A stretch of DNA of 59,564 nt, the filler included. It is 7 parts of 7 records of this genome, joined end to end, with 100 filler letters (N's around TTAATTAATTAA, not from the genome) between each part and the next. Parts side by side here need not be neighbours in the genome. Positions count along the whole stretch, not along the records: positions 42,773 to 48,516 come from SRR31147125_34171; positions 48,617 to 53,867 come from SRR31147125_34178; positions 53,968 to 59,564 come from SRR31147125_34180; 4 more parts are not named here. One strand, 5' to 3'. Below the pieces are notes generated by a model. That model was not told the DNA's origin and ran no database searches. It worked only from the letters and a program-made list of their open reading frames with translations. Every line of letters begins with the position of its first letter. Position 1 is the first letter of the stretch. Below are positions 43,626 to 54,412 of the stretch, piece by piece. The translations under genes were made by a program, and so were the position numbers.

Positions 43626-44345
43626 ATGACAAATAGACGCACTTTTTTAAAAACAATTCCGGCATCTGTTGGTGCGGCAATGCTTGCTGAAAGTCAATTT
43701 GTAACCAGCGCGGATGCGAAAACATTGCCCATGAATGATAAAGGCGAATTTGTTTTACCTCCGTTACCCTATGATTACAATGCATTGGAACCACATATTG
43801 ACGAACAAACCATGCGCTTGCACCATGATAAACATCATCTTGGATATGTAAAGGGGCTTAATGCCTCATTGGCAAAACTAAAACAGGCAAGAAATTCAGG
43901 TGACTTTAGCCTGGTACAGTATTACTCCGGCAAAGCTGCCTTTAATGGATCCGGTCATTTTTTACACGCCATCTTTTGGCAAAACATGTCCCCAAATGGA
44001 GGAGGTATGCCAAAAGGTGATTTGGCTAAAGCGATAAACAATAGTTTTGACGATTTTGATAAATTCAAAGCCCATTTTATAGCCGCGTCTTCCACAGTTG
44101 AAGGAAGTGGCTGGGGCATATTAGCCTATGAACCCCTTGGCAAACAACTGGTCATTCTGCAAGCTGAAAAACATCAAAACCTCACACAATGGGGTGTCGT
44201 ACCACTACTTGTCCTGGATGTGTGGGAACATGCTTATTATCTCAAATACCAGAATCGTCGCGGGGATTATGTAAAAGCCTTTTTCAATGTCATTAATTGG
44301 CAGGATGTCGCCAACAGATACAAAAATGCCATGAAACTGGCATAA
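43626..44345 (+). CDS. Fe/Mn superoxide dismutase with a twin-arginine signal
   Basis: NRRTFLK; LPPLPYDYNALEPHI, HHDKHH, DVWEHAYY. Confidence 0.95.
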   Translation: MTNRRTFLKTIPASVGAAMLAESQFVTSADAKTLPMNDKGEFVLPPLPYDYNALEPHIDEQTMRLHHDKHHLGYVKGLNASLAKLKQARNSGDFSLVQYYSGKAAFNGSGHFLHAIFWQNMSPNGGGMPKGDLAKAINNSFDDFDKFKAHFIAASSTVEGSGWGILAYEPLGKQLVILQAEKHQNLTQWGVVPLLVLDVWEHAYYLKYQNRRGDYVKAFFNVINWQDVANRYKNAMKLA

Positions 44346-44380
44346 CCAGTTTGTTTCAATGATCGTCATAAAGAATTATC

Positions 44381-45028
44381 TTACTCTTTATGGCGATCAT
44401 TTATTTCAACGGGTTGTCTTATGATCGTCTTTAATTTTTCCGGGGCTGTTCTTCTCATATCACTTAAATATATTTCGTGGTGTTTTCCTCTCAATGCATA
44501 ACCATTTTTTATTATAAAATCATGAATTGCTTCTATGGTGGGGCCTTCATCTGCATACGGGCCTATATACATAATCTGAGCAGATGATCCTTCAAAATAA
44601 CTTTCAAATCTCAGTTTCGGAAGTGCAACAGGATTTTTCTTTTTACGAACTTCCACCATTGCTTCCTGAACAAGTTCTTTGTTAACCAAATCCGGTTGCA
44701 TAATCATCAACGTCCATTTCCAGTTATCTTTATTTTGCATTGAAAACTCGGCCATATTTTCACACCACCACAATCCTTCCAGAGGCAAAACACCATAATC
44801 GATTTCTTTATCACTCTTTTTTATTTTAAATTTTATGGAATAAGACACACTATATAAGGCTTCTATGGCATCCTGAAAAGATTGTGCTGTATTGGGATTT
44901 CCTTCCCCATCAATTTTGAGAAAATTCATTTCCGGGATATCGACAAAAACAACATCCTTTTTTGAGGGATTATACAGATGCTTTAGTTCCTTTTTAAAGT
45001 CAATTTTCATCATTTTTCCGGTCTCCAT
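44381..45028 (-). CDS. GyrI-like small-molecule-binding protein
   Basis: GEGNPN, PLEGLWW, GPYADE, HHEIYLSD, KLKTIIRQP. Confidence 0.85.
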   Translation of the reverse strand: METGKMMKIDFKKELKHLYNPSKKDVVFVDIPEMNFLKIDGEGNPNTAQSFQDAIEALYSVSYSIKFKIKKSDKEIDYGVLPLEGLWWCENMAEFSMQNKDNWKWTLMIMQPDLVNKELVQEAMVEVRKKKNPVALPKLRFESYFEGSSAQIMYIGPYADEGPTIEAIHDFIIKNGYALRGKHHEIYLSDMRRTAPEKLKTIIRQPVEINDRHKE

Positions 45029-45081
45029 CGTTTATTTTTTCACTTTTATATCTGATAATCATATTTGATTGAGGAACATAC

Positions 45082-45428
45082 CTACAGCTCTTCATAGGCA
45101 GTATATTGAACCTTGTCCGGATCCCGGTCAAGTAAAGGGGCCAGAATCTCTTCTTCCCATATTTTCCAGTTCGCAGGATAGTATTCTTTGCATACTGGCA
45201 AATCAACAGAACCCCACAGTTTTTTCCACTTTATTCTATTAACATAAATCCATATAGCGCGTAAGATCTCTGACGTGAACCTCGAATCCCCTTGATAAAA
45301 TGATATTTTTCCAATCCGGGAAGCTGAAATAATCCGCGTCTTTTTGCTTCTCTTATGGCCTGCTCAAATTGCTCATCTTTTACATTAAACGCAAGAGTAT
45401 ATTCATGAATGCTAATGACTTTCCGCAT
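45082..45428 (-). CDS. Hypothetical ~115-aa protein with a frameshift near 45258
   Basis: MRKVISIHEY..KGIRGSR..YA continues in a shifted frame as AIWIY..LWGS..WKIWEEEILAPLLDRDPDKVQYTAYEEL*. Confidence 0.6.
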
Positions 45429-45609
45429 TTATAATCAATCCTTTGAGTGCTCTATTCACTTTTTTAGGATTGTCGGCTTTTCGGTCACCCGAAATAAAAC
45501 ATATCAAACACATTATTATACGAAATGCATATCCAAAGTTACAGAATAGTTTTTGGTAACATATTTGTCGGACTTGAAACTCAGGTAAAACATTATTGAA
45601 ATGCATTTT

Positions 45610-47163
45610 TCAGATATAATTTTTTATTCTTTTCCATGCCTCACTAACAGGATATTTTAATCCGTAACAGACAAATACAGTCACATTCTTTTCATATGGC
45701 ATGGCATAAGGTGAATTTAAAACCGCCGCTTCAGTAACCGATTCAAAATCTTTCTCTAAATCCTCAAGCGATCCTCCGATTCTGATTATGACATCTCCGT
45801 TTGCTTTGCCGGGTCCCCATAAATAGTAATTATTATGTCCACTAATTGCAGGTGGCAATCCATAATAGGCGCCATAATAATTGATAGCCCCGGCCTCACC
45901 GTAATTACCTGCCCAAATAGCACATTGAACCTTCTTATCCGGTGGAAGTGTATCATATACAGCAGCCACAGTCGCAACCATATTTTCCCAGCCAAACCGA
46001 TCTGCAAAATGTTGTGGCAAAGTGGCCTGACTATTTTTTTCGTCTGACGGAATTTCAAGGCCAATGGCTTTCTGATAGGCAACGAAATTTTCAGCTGACA
46101 GAACAGGTATACCAATTGGCAGAAATAAAAGCCCTCCTGTTACCAAGAAAGCCGGAATCAAAAATTTCACCGGGATTAAATGTTTTTTCTCAACCAGATT
46201 TTCAATAAAGCAGGCACCTGCAGCCAAAAGAACAGGATAAGCGGGAGCTAAATAATATATCTTACTCTTTTGTAGTATAAAAAAAAGACAAACAGTGATA
46301 AAAACCACAGCAAACAGACGAAAAGGCCGGACCTGTTTTGCAAATAAAAGAAAGAACAGACCTGAAAGCCAGATTGGTAAATTGAACGGGTGAATTTCAA
46401 CAATCTGCCCAAATAAAAAAGTTATGGGTGTATGATCCATTATCTTGTATTGTTTGGCGTTATGTATGAATTCAAGAGTCGGCCAATTTTGATTTATCTG
46501 CCATAAAAGATGGGGTGTAAAGATCACAATAGCTATCAGGCCGCCGAACCACAAATATTTATTCAAAAAATAAATACGATGCCGTGTGAACAACAGGCCA
46601 ACTACCAGTCCCATCACAAAAAACAGTATACTCAATTTATTCAACAATCCAAGGCCCACTATTAAACCAAATACTAACCAGAGTTTTGTTTCACCTGTTT
46701 TTATGATACGAATGACAACATAGATTGAAAATGTCCAAAACAACAGATCAAATGCATTCATTGAAAAAAAACCGGTCATAACAAGATAAGACGGAATAAT
46801 AGTAACTGAAAGGGCTGTCAGGGTTTGCGCGTAACGTTTTCCTCCAAATTCCCTGGCTAAAACACTCGACAATAAAATCAGGACAAAACCTGTCAGAGCC
46901 GGAAATATACGGATAGCATGAACTGATTCACCAAACATAAAACGGGAAACAGCCAGCAGAAAAAGTGAAAACGGCGGATGATCTACATAACCCCAGGCGA
47001 GATGTTTTGAGCAATCAATATAGTAAAATTCATCCCGAAAGATACCATAATTACCATTGGTAAGAATGTGCAGCAAAAAATGGATCATCGCAATAATGCC
47101 AGGGAATAATAATCCCCTGACAGACAAATTACCAAGTATTTGTCTATGCATTTTTATCTCCAT
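45610..47163 (-). CDS. GT-C membrane glycosyltransferase (GT39/ArnT-like)
   Basis: RDEFYY..HLAWGYVDHPP, multi-TM, NYGEAGAI. Confidence 0.85.
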   Translation of the reverse strand: MEIKMHRQILGNLSVRGLLFPGIIAMIHFLLHILTNGNYGIFRDEFYYIDCSKHLAWGYVDHPPFSLFLLAVSRFMFGESVHAIRIFPALTGFVLILLSSVLAREFGGKRYAQTLTALSVTIIPSYLVMTGFFSMNAFDLLFWTFSIYVVIRIIKTGETKLWLVFGLIVGLGLLNKLSILFFVMGLVVGLLFTRHRIYFLNKYLWFGGLIAIVIFTPHLLWQINQNWPTLEFIHNAKQYKIMDHTPITFLFGQIVEIHPFNLPIWLSGLFFLLFAKQVRPFRLFAVVFITVCLFFILQKSKIYYLAPAYPVLLAAGACFIENLVEKKHLIPVKFLIPAFLVTGGLLFLPIGIPVLSAENFVAYQKAIGLEIPSDEKNSQATLPQHFADRFGWENMVATVAAVYDTLPPDKKVQCAIWAGNYGEAGAINYYGAYYGLPPAISGHNNYYLWGPGKANGDVIIRIGGSLEDLEKDFESVTEAAVLNSPYAMPYEKNVTVFVCYGLKYPVSEAWKRIKNYI

Positions 47164-47272
47164 AAAATTTTTGAAAAATTACAAAAACATTCTTCACCCA
47201 CTATAAAGTTTATTTTTAATATCAGCTGACAAACGATTAGGTATATTACCATTAAACCGAATTAATCGCTTA

Positions 47273-48516
47273 TTATAACCCGTATTCAGCAGGAATCCAT
47301 TTTGAATCGTCAATTATGGGAAGGACAGAGTTAATAAACTCTTCTTCCTGTCGTGGCATAGACGTTATTTCACCCCTCAATTTATCGATCCAGGGTTTTT
47401 CAATGTCAGCAATTTGAAGTGAGCCTTCGGTCATGGCATGCTCAATAATGTCAAGTCCCATTAAACATCCACGTATCGCAGCCTCGAGATAGGATTGTCC
47501 TTTGACGATTTCATTGGAAATGGATATCACATGCTCAGGAGAAAGAATGAGTGCCTGGGGGTCATAATGAATATCTGATTCAACAAAAAGATTTTGCAGA
47601 TTCAAAACCGTGTCTTTGCCCTGATGCACAGCCTGATCAAATAGTCTCACATCATATTCCAGTTGCTCCAGATACACTGTCGGTGCCATTCCACCCAGCA
47701 GTTTAATATTCTGTACGGACTCGTTGCTCCACAAATCAGCGCACGCAGCAGCGACATTGCCTAAAGGGCTGAGATGGGCACACGCAGCTGTTTTACCTTC
47801 CATGGAAATGGGTCTTCCGGTTATCGCCTTTAAAAAGGGTCCCTCATACCCACAATCTTTATCCGGACCTGTGGCGCCTTCCTCAAGGGCAACCAACGTC
47901 CTCACAACTGTTATTATCCGAACAATGGCAGCAAAAACTTTTGGAATATAGCCTTTTTCAGCCAAAATCATGGCTGTATTACCAAACCCACAAGCCGTAT
48001 CCCCTGCGGGGATTCTTTTGGTTTTGTTGGCAATATCGACGATTTTTCTCCACAAGAATTTCATATCCCGAACACCGAGAACAATCAGGGAAAAGAACAC
48101 CGTATTTATATCACACATTAATATGGCATCATCAAACACTTCCTTACCACCGGTGCTTTCAATGGATAGGAGATCACCACCATTCTCAGCGCCTTTTTCA
48201 AATAATTCCATCATATTATCAAGATACCCACTTGTCCTCATCTTTGGCGGACGTTCGTAATCACGGAGGTCATTTGGAGTCAATCGAATTTCACTCTTAA
48301 ATCCCGAGGTTTGATAATATTCCTCACATATATCATTCATTATTTTTAAAAGTTCGATACCATATTGCGGCCTGAGAGTCATTTCTAATAATGTTTCAAA
48401 CTCAAAAACAACACCCTTTGCCTGCAGATGTATAGCTCTCTTTATGGCATCTGTTATAATTTGTGAATATTGTTCCTTAATATTCGGAAATGTTCGGTCA
48501 TTGATCTGCATGGGGG
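47273..48516 (-). CDS. mtaB: Methanol:corrinoid methyltransferase MtaB-like (5' truncated)
   Basis: SIESTGGKE, GDTACGFGNTAM, GPDKDCGYE, MEGKTAACAHLS, DLWSNESVQN. Confidence 0.88.
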
Positions 48517-48616
48517 NNNNNNNNNNNNNNNNNNNNNNNNNNNNNNNNNNNNNNNNNNNNTTAATTAATTAANNNNNNNNNNNNNNNNNNNNNNNNNNNN
48601 NNNNNNNNNNNNNNNN
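48517..48616. other. Artificial contig linker
   Basis: N-run/TTAATTAATTAA/N-run. Confidence 0.98.
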
Positions 48617-48656
48617 TTTTTTATTTTTATGAATTGATGAACTGTAAAGCATAATC

Positions 48657-49339
48657 ATGGCTACAAATAGGAACTACTCAATTATCTATCAGAATTCCTT
48701 ACTCCACATCGTCGCGAGTTGTTTAACAAAACAATAAATATGCGAACCAGGCACATTACCGTGGTACTTGAAGACATTTATCAGTCTCAAAATGCGAGTG
48801 CTGTTTTACGTTCTTGCGATTGTTTTGGAATACAGGATGTACATGTAATTGAAAATCGCAATACTTTCGAAGTTAACAGGGAAATCGCGATGGGTTCTTC
48901 AAAGTGGCTTTCAGTAAAAAAATACAACGAAACGAAGAATAACAGTGAGACGGCAATAAAACATCTGAAATCTCAAGGTTACCGCATTGTGGCAACCACA
49001 CCACACCATAACGATCAGCAGCTACCCGACTTTGATATAGCGAAAGGAAAAACAGCACTGGTTTTTGGCTCGGAACTGCCCGGAATTACAGATAATATAT
49101 TAGAGATGGCCGATGAGTACCTCAAAATACCTATGTACGGTTTTACAGAAAGCTTCAACATTTCGGTTTCGGCAGCAATAATTTTTCATCATTTAACCCT
49201 AAAAATGCGCGAAGATGATTCTATTAACTGGCAATTAAGCGATGATGAAAAAATAGAATTACAACTGGATTGGATAAGAAAAACAATTAAACGAAGTAGT
49301 TTACTGGAGAAACGTTTTCATGAAGAGAACAAATTATAA
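48657..49339 (+). CDS. trmH: TrmH-family tRNA (Gm18) 2'-O-methyltransferase
   Basis: VVLEDIYQSQNASAVLRSCD, FGSE..G, IPMYGFTESFNISV; ATG 48657 needs a 1-nt correction near 48670. Confidence 0.85.
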
Positions 49340-49349
49340 TTTTTTGCTT

Positions 49350-50537
49350 TTACGCCCGTTTCGCTTTTTCCCAATTAACAGATTGTCTCCCTTTCAAAAA
49401 ACGAAAAATACCACAAATAGCTGCATAGTTTATCATAACAAAATAATAGGGCGCAAAAAACAATTTCAAACGAATCTTCTTATTCTCGAAATACCATCCC
49501 ACAACAGCTATTAAATAACAAAAGAGCTGACAATAGAACAAAATGCTAAAACAATTGTCGGGGAACCATTTATTTTGAAAACACAGCAATAAAAAATTAA
49601 CAGGCAATAAAAGAAATAAGGCCAAGGGTGCCAAAGTCCAGCGTAAAACCTTGTGCGAAAAGTACTGCCAGCTTAATATTTTGTATTTAAAAACATTAAG
49701 CAATGCCCCCAGTCTGAAAATAGTCTGGATACCACCTGCTGCAATACGGATTTTCCGTTTTAATTCTTCTGCTACATTTAACGATGCAGTTTCTTCTGCA
49801 AAAGCATTTGGAGTATATGCAATTTTATATCCTTTTTGTGCAATACGAAGCGAAATCATAAAATCGTCTAGTAATGTGTCGGTCTCCACATCTTCGAACA
49901 AATTCGTTCGTACGGCAAAAAGTTCTCCTGCAGCACCTACCGCAGAGTTTAATTTCCAGTCATTTTCTTTTATCCACGATTCCATTCTCCAGTACATACC
50001 TTCACCAACACCCGCAGCAGAATCGGCTTTTGTTTCAACTATGCGTTTTTCACCAGATACACAGCCCACTTCTGAATTGCTAAACATTTTCACAATTTCC
50101 CGGATTGCCATTGTATTAAGTGTTGTATTTGTATCGGAAAAAATAACAATTGGCGCTTTTACGAATTTCATGCCGCGGTTCATGGCGTGCATTTTCCCAC
50201 GTCTTTCGGACTGATGGTGTACCTCTAGTTTTTCGTACTTGCACAACATTTCCGGTGTTCCATCATCAGAACCATCGGTAACCCAAACATATTGTATTTT
50301 TTCTTTTGGATAATCTAAACTGAATGAATTCTGAACTTTCTGCTCAATATAATCTTTCTCGTTAAAAGCTGTTACAAATAAACAAACCTCAGGCTCGTAT
50401 TCAGAATTAAATTGTGGTTTTGACTTTGTGGAGAATATATATTTTAGTTTTACGAAAAGCCACAACACCATTGCATATCCCAGGTAGGTGTAGAAAAGAA
50501 TGAAAAGTAGCAACCAAAACAATAGGTTCAAAATCAT
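49350..50537 (-). CDS. Glycosyltransferase family 2 (membrane)
   Basis: DGSDDGT, FSD, LDDF, RKIRIAAG, SHKVLRW. Confidence 0.9.
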   Translation of the reverse strand: MILNLLFWLLLFILFYTYLGYAMVLWLFVKLKYIFSTKSKPQFNSEYEPEVCLFVTAFNEKDYIEQKVQNSFSLDYPKEKIQYVWVTDGSDDGTPEMLCKYEKLEVHHQSERRGKMHAMNRGMKFVKAPIVIFSDTNTTLNTMAIREIVKMFSNSEVGCVSGEKRIVETKADSAAGVGEGMYWRMESWIKENDWKLNSAVGAAGELFAVRTNLFEDVETDTLLDDFMISLRIAQKGYKIAYTPNAFAEETASLNVAEELKRKIRIAAGGIQTIFRLGALLNVFKYKILSWQYFSHKVLRWTLAPLALFLLLPVNFLLLCFQNKWFPDNCFSILFYCQLFCYLIAVVGWYFENKKIRLKLFFAPYYFVMINYAAICGIFRFLKGRQSVNWEKAKRA

Positions 50538-51736
50538 CGGGAATGCTGTTTATAAAATTCAATTAGCTCGCCGGCTGCTGCTAAGTTATCAAATTTTTCG
50601 TGAATAAATCCGATGGCATTTTTCCCCAATTCTTCGAATAATTCGCGGCTTTCAACAAGATTCGATACCGCAGAAACAAAGTCTTCAACATTATCGGCAA
50701 GCATAACATTCTTTCCATCTTCCACTTCAATTCCTTCGGCTCCAATCGATGTTGAAATAATACTTTTCCCCAAAGCCATTCCTTCAATAATTTTAATACG
50801 CATTCCACTGCCCGAAAACAAAGGAACCACCATTATCGCTTTCGAATTTATGAATTGGTAGGCATCAGGAACTTCACCAAGGTATTCGAGATTCGGAAAG
50901 AAAAGTTTTTTTTCGAGCCAGGCAGGAGCATGTCGTCCTGCTACATAAAACTTCAGTTCGGGGTATTTTTTATGCAGAACAGGCCAGCAATTTTCAAGAA
51001 ACCACAATATGCCTTCCTTATTGGGTGCCCATTCTAACGAGCCAATATGAAACAGCGAAGGATATTCAAGATTTTTAGAATTCGGCAACAATACCGAAGT
51101 ATCAATGCCGGTTTGTGAAACATGCCTGGGTTTTGTATTTCCCATTTCATCGAGAATAGCTCCATCGCGCTCGGTAATAGGCACCAGCAAATCGTACGAA
51201 TTCAGTAGGTTATTTTCAAACTTCTTAATTCTTTTCGACAAATTCTTCAGATATATACTTTTAGGAAATCGGGCTGTTTTTGCGGTTCTGCCCCAAATTT
51301 CGTACTCAATGTTGTGCGAACGATACACAATAACTGCCTTCGTGTTCTTTCTTATTAATGATATATACGGACAGACATACAAGCCTTCCAGTTGCACCAC
51401 ATCAAAGTCTTTTTCTTTTAAGACCTGCACTAGTGCATTCTTAAAACTATCAGAAATAAAGCGGGTGGCACTGTATGGTTTTCTGGAAAAAAATAAATTT
51501 AAGATGGCATTAAGAGGCGTTATTTTTGCCGGCACATCAACCAGCCGAAACTCGGCAAAATCTTTTACCGATGCAGGAATCTCATTAAAAGAAACGTTGT
51601 GTTTAAACGTATTCATTGCAATAACGGTAACATCGTGTCCTAAATGCGAAAAACCTTTTGTAAGGTTCATACAAGCAATGGCCCCTCCGTCTTTAACCGG
51701 ATACGGAACCTTATTCGTTACCTGCAATATCTTCAT
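50534..51736 (-). CDS. Glycosyltransferase family 4
   Basis: KVPYP.KDGG, GSGMRIKIIEGMALG; ATG 51736. Confidence 0.9.
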   Translation of the reverse strand: MKILQVTNKVPYPVKDGGAIACMNLTKGFSHLGHDVTVIAMNTFKHNVSFNEIPASVKDFAEFRLVDVPAKITPLNAILNLFFSRKPYSATRFISDSFKNALVQVLKEKDFDVVQLEGLYVCPYISLIRKNTKAVIVYRSHNIEYEIWGRTAKTARFPKSIYLKNLSKRIKKFENNLLNSYDLLVPITERDGAILDEMGNTKPRHVSQTGIDTSVLLPNSKNLEYPSLFHIGSLEWAPNKEGILWFLENCWPVLHKKYPELKFYVAGRHAPAWLEKKLFFPNLEYLGEVPDAYQFINSKAIMVVPLFSGSGMRIKIIEGMALGKSIISTSIGAEGIEVEDGKNVMLADNVEDFVSAVSNLVESRELFEELGKNAIGFIHEKFDNLAAAGELIEFYKQHSR

Positions 51737-51746
51737 ACCAGATTGA

Positions 51747-53234
51747 TTACTTACTTTTTTCTTTTTTTGAAAAAAGTTTCGACAAGCCAATTCGATTAAA
51801 AAACTTAGTGTAGGTTTCGGCCGACATAATCGACGAATCGGTTGCCGCTTTATAGGTTAGCCACACCCCTACGGGTAAAAATATAAACGATGAGAACCAC
51901 ATTCCGTTAAACATTGCCCAAACATCTTCACGAGCTGATTTCTCTCCCATCATTGATACTATATAATAAAAGATAAACAGTAAAATGGAAACCACAACCG
52001 GCATTCCTAATCCTCCTTTTCTGATAATAGCACCAAGCGGCGCACCAATAAAGAAAAATATAAACACCGCCATCGACAGGGTAAACTTCCGGTGGCGTTC
52101 CATTTCGTATTTATTCAGCGTCTTCTTTTTTGCATACAATTGCCCCTGGAGCGTATTAACATTCTGCATAATGTTTCGGGCACTTTCCAATGCTTTACTT
52201 GCTATTTCTGCCTGCACCCATTTATCAATTCCGGCAAAATGTTGCCCAACGTCAAAAATAGAATCGGCCACAACGGGTTCCATTTCTTTCTTCAATGAGT
52301 CGTGCTGAGCTGTTAGATTAAACATTTTTCGTGAAACTGTAGGATTCAGATTAATCTGCATCATATAATTTCTCAAGCGCTTATAATAATCGTCGTACAG
52401 CGTATCTTCCATCAGGCTCAACTCATTAATATTGAGCATCCGGTACTGGTTTTTAAATATACTCTCGTCGCGGCGGTTAAATTCAAAATCTTTTACACGA
52501 ACCCGAATAGTTTGCTCTTCGAATTTATTTCGTTGATAAGCATGGTTGTCTTTCTTTCTTCGATTTTGTTTTTGTGGTTTTTGTTCGGCATAATTTACAC
52601 CATGATAAAGATTAAGCACCATGTACTTTTTGTCGGCAGTAATTTTAAGGAATCCAGAATCGGCCACAGTAACACTTTCGTTGGGTTTATGCGCAGTATG
52701 ATCGTAAATCAGCAAGTCGTATAACATTTTGCTCTTGCTGTTTTTGCTGCCTACCTTAATACTGTACCCATCCATTTCGTTGGTAAACACCCCTTCCTGC
52801 AACACCAACTCCGGGCGCTGTTTTTTTACACTATACAGAAGCGTTGAAAAACGGAGGTTGGTTTTGGGCAGAACAGTATTCGAGAAATAAAAGGCAGTTC
52901 CGGTTATAATAACCGCAATTACAATCAACGGCCTCAGAATTCGAAACAATGAAATTCCTGACGCTTTCATGGCCACCAGCTCGTAATTTTCGCCGAGTGC
53001 TCCGAAAGTCATAATAGAGGCCAGTAGCATAGCCAAAGGAAATGCCAAAGGAAATAAGGCAAACGACGCATAGAACATCATTTCGCCCAATACTTTAAAA
53101 TCGAGCCCCTTTCCTACCAGGTCGTCAACATACCTCCACAAAAACTGCATAAGTAACACAAACAACACAATAAAAAAGGTCATAAAAAATGGCCCTAAAA
53201 ACGATCGAATTATATATAGGTGTAAACGCTTCAT
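51747..53234 (-). CDS. LptF/LptG family LPS export permease
   Basis: DDLVGKGL, ELVAMKASGISL, GAPLGAIIRKGG. Confidence 0.92.
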   Translation of the reverse strand: MKRLHLYIIRSFLGPFFMTFFIVLFVLLMQFLWRYVDDLVGKGLDFKVLGEMMFYASFALFPLAFPLAMLLASIMTFGALGENYELVAMKASGISLFRILRPLIVIAVIITGTAFYFSNTVLPKTNLRFSTLLYSVKKQRPELVLQEGVFTNEMDGYSIKVGSKNSKSKMLYDLLIYDHTAHKPNESVTVADSGFLKITADKKYMVLNLYHGVNYAEQKPQKQNRRKKDNHAYQRNKFEEQTIRVRVKDFEFNRRDESIFKNQYRMLNINELSLMEDTLYDDYYKRLRNYMMQINLNPTVSRKMFNLTAQHDSLKKEMEPVVADSIFDVGQHFAGIDKWVQAEIASKALESARNIMQNVNTLQGQLYAKKKTLNKYEMERHRKFTLSMAVFIFFFIGAPLGAIIRKGGLGMPVVVSILLFIFYYIVSMMGEKSAREDVWAMFNGMWFSSFIFLPVGVWLTYKAATDSSIMSAETYTKFFNRIGLSKLFSKKEKSK

Positions 53235-53359
53235 TAAAAACCTTTCTATTACAGAAACGTGTACAAAACTAAGTTATTTTGCCTATTTGTAAAGCAAAAA
53301 AAGGTTAATAAACTTTTACGGAGAATTAAAATAATAAAGATTAAAAGAATAACGATGGA

Positions 53360-53737
53360 TTAAGAGCCTATTACATGTTTCAAATCAGACACTTGACTAT
53401 CCCATAGTCCCTGGGTTTCTTCCATTTCATCTTCTTCAGCAAAATCGGTAATCAGTAACGAAACATCATTTGTTAACTCATCTAAGGTAATTTTAAACTC
53501 GAAATAGGTTTCATCTTCTTCAGTCCAGGTAAAACGCACTAAACGGTTTTCTTTATGTAAAGTCATTTCAGCGGTTTGTTCCGAGCCTTCCCATATAAAG
53601 GTATATTGTTTTCCACGTATGCGAACATCGTCGGCAAACCATTCTGTTAAGCCCGAAGCAGTACTTAACCTGTTATATAAAACTTTAGGAGAGCAATTAA
53701 TTACGTATTCAAGATGAATTTTAACCTTGTCAGTCAT
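53360..53737 (-). CDS. START-like domain protein
   Basis: STASGLTEWFADDV..FIW..LWDSQ. Confidence 0.85.
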   Translation of the reverse strand: MTDKVKIHLEYVINCSPKVLYNRLSTASGLTEWFADDVRIRGKQYTFIWEGSEQTAEMTLHKENRLVRFTWTEEDETYFEFKITLDELTNDVSLLITDFAEEDEMEETQGLWDSQVSDLKHVIGS

Positions 53738-53867
53738 AAGTCCGATTTTTGGCAATATAATTATTCTGAACGTAACATACAAGGTAGTTTACAAATGGAA
53801 TAAAACTTCTTTTCAAATTTTTCAGAAAAAATGTATCGAAATAAAAATAAATACTATATTTGCACCG

Positions 53868-53967
53868 NNNNNNNNNNNNNNNNNNNNNNNNNNNNNNNNN
53901 NNNNNNNNNNNTTAATTAATTAANNNNNNNNNNNNNNNNNNNNNNNNNNNNNNNNNNNNNNNNNNNN
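53868..53967. other. Artificial contig linker
   Basis: N-run/TTAATTAATTAA/N-run. Confidence 0.98.
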
Positions 53968-54308
53968 ATTGCCGCAAAGAATTCACCAATTAATTTTTTA
54001 TTGGGTGCAATAACTAATATATCATCTTTAATTCCTATAAAGAATATAATGGTAATCGCTGCTATAATGTATTTAAACTCAACAAAATTGGTGTTGCTAA
54101 CAAATAAAGTTGTGGATATAAGCATGCCTGCAAATATTGCCACACCTCCAAGTGTTGGTGTACTGTTTTTATGAGATTTTCTTAAACCAGGTACGTCATA
54201 TAAGTTTTTGGCCTTTGCAACTTTAACTAGTGTGGGTATAGAGAGATATGTAATTAAAAATGATAACGATAGCCCAAGAATATAGAGCGTTTCCTGATTT
54301 AAATTCAT
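53968..54308 (-). CDS. WecA/MraY-family undecaprenyl-phosphate sugar-1-phosphate transferase (truncated)
   Basis: D.P..RKSH...PTLGGVAI, GIKDD. Confidence 0.88.
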
Positions 54309-54412
54309 ATGCTACTAACTATTTAAAACTAAAGTTAAATAATTATTTTGTTTTCTTCCAAATAAAATGGGTTATAATAAGGTTAAACTTTAATAATTTG
54401 AGTATTTAACTT

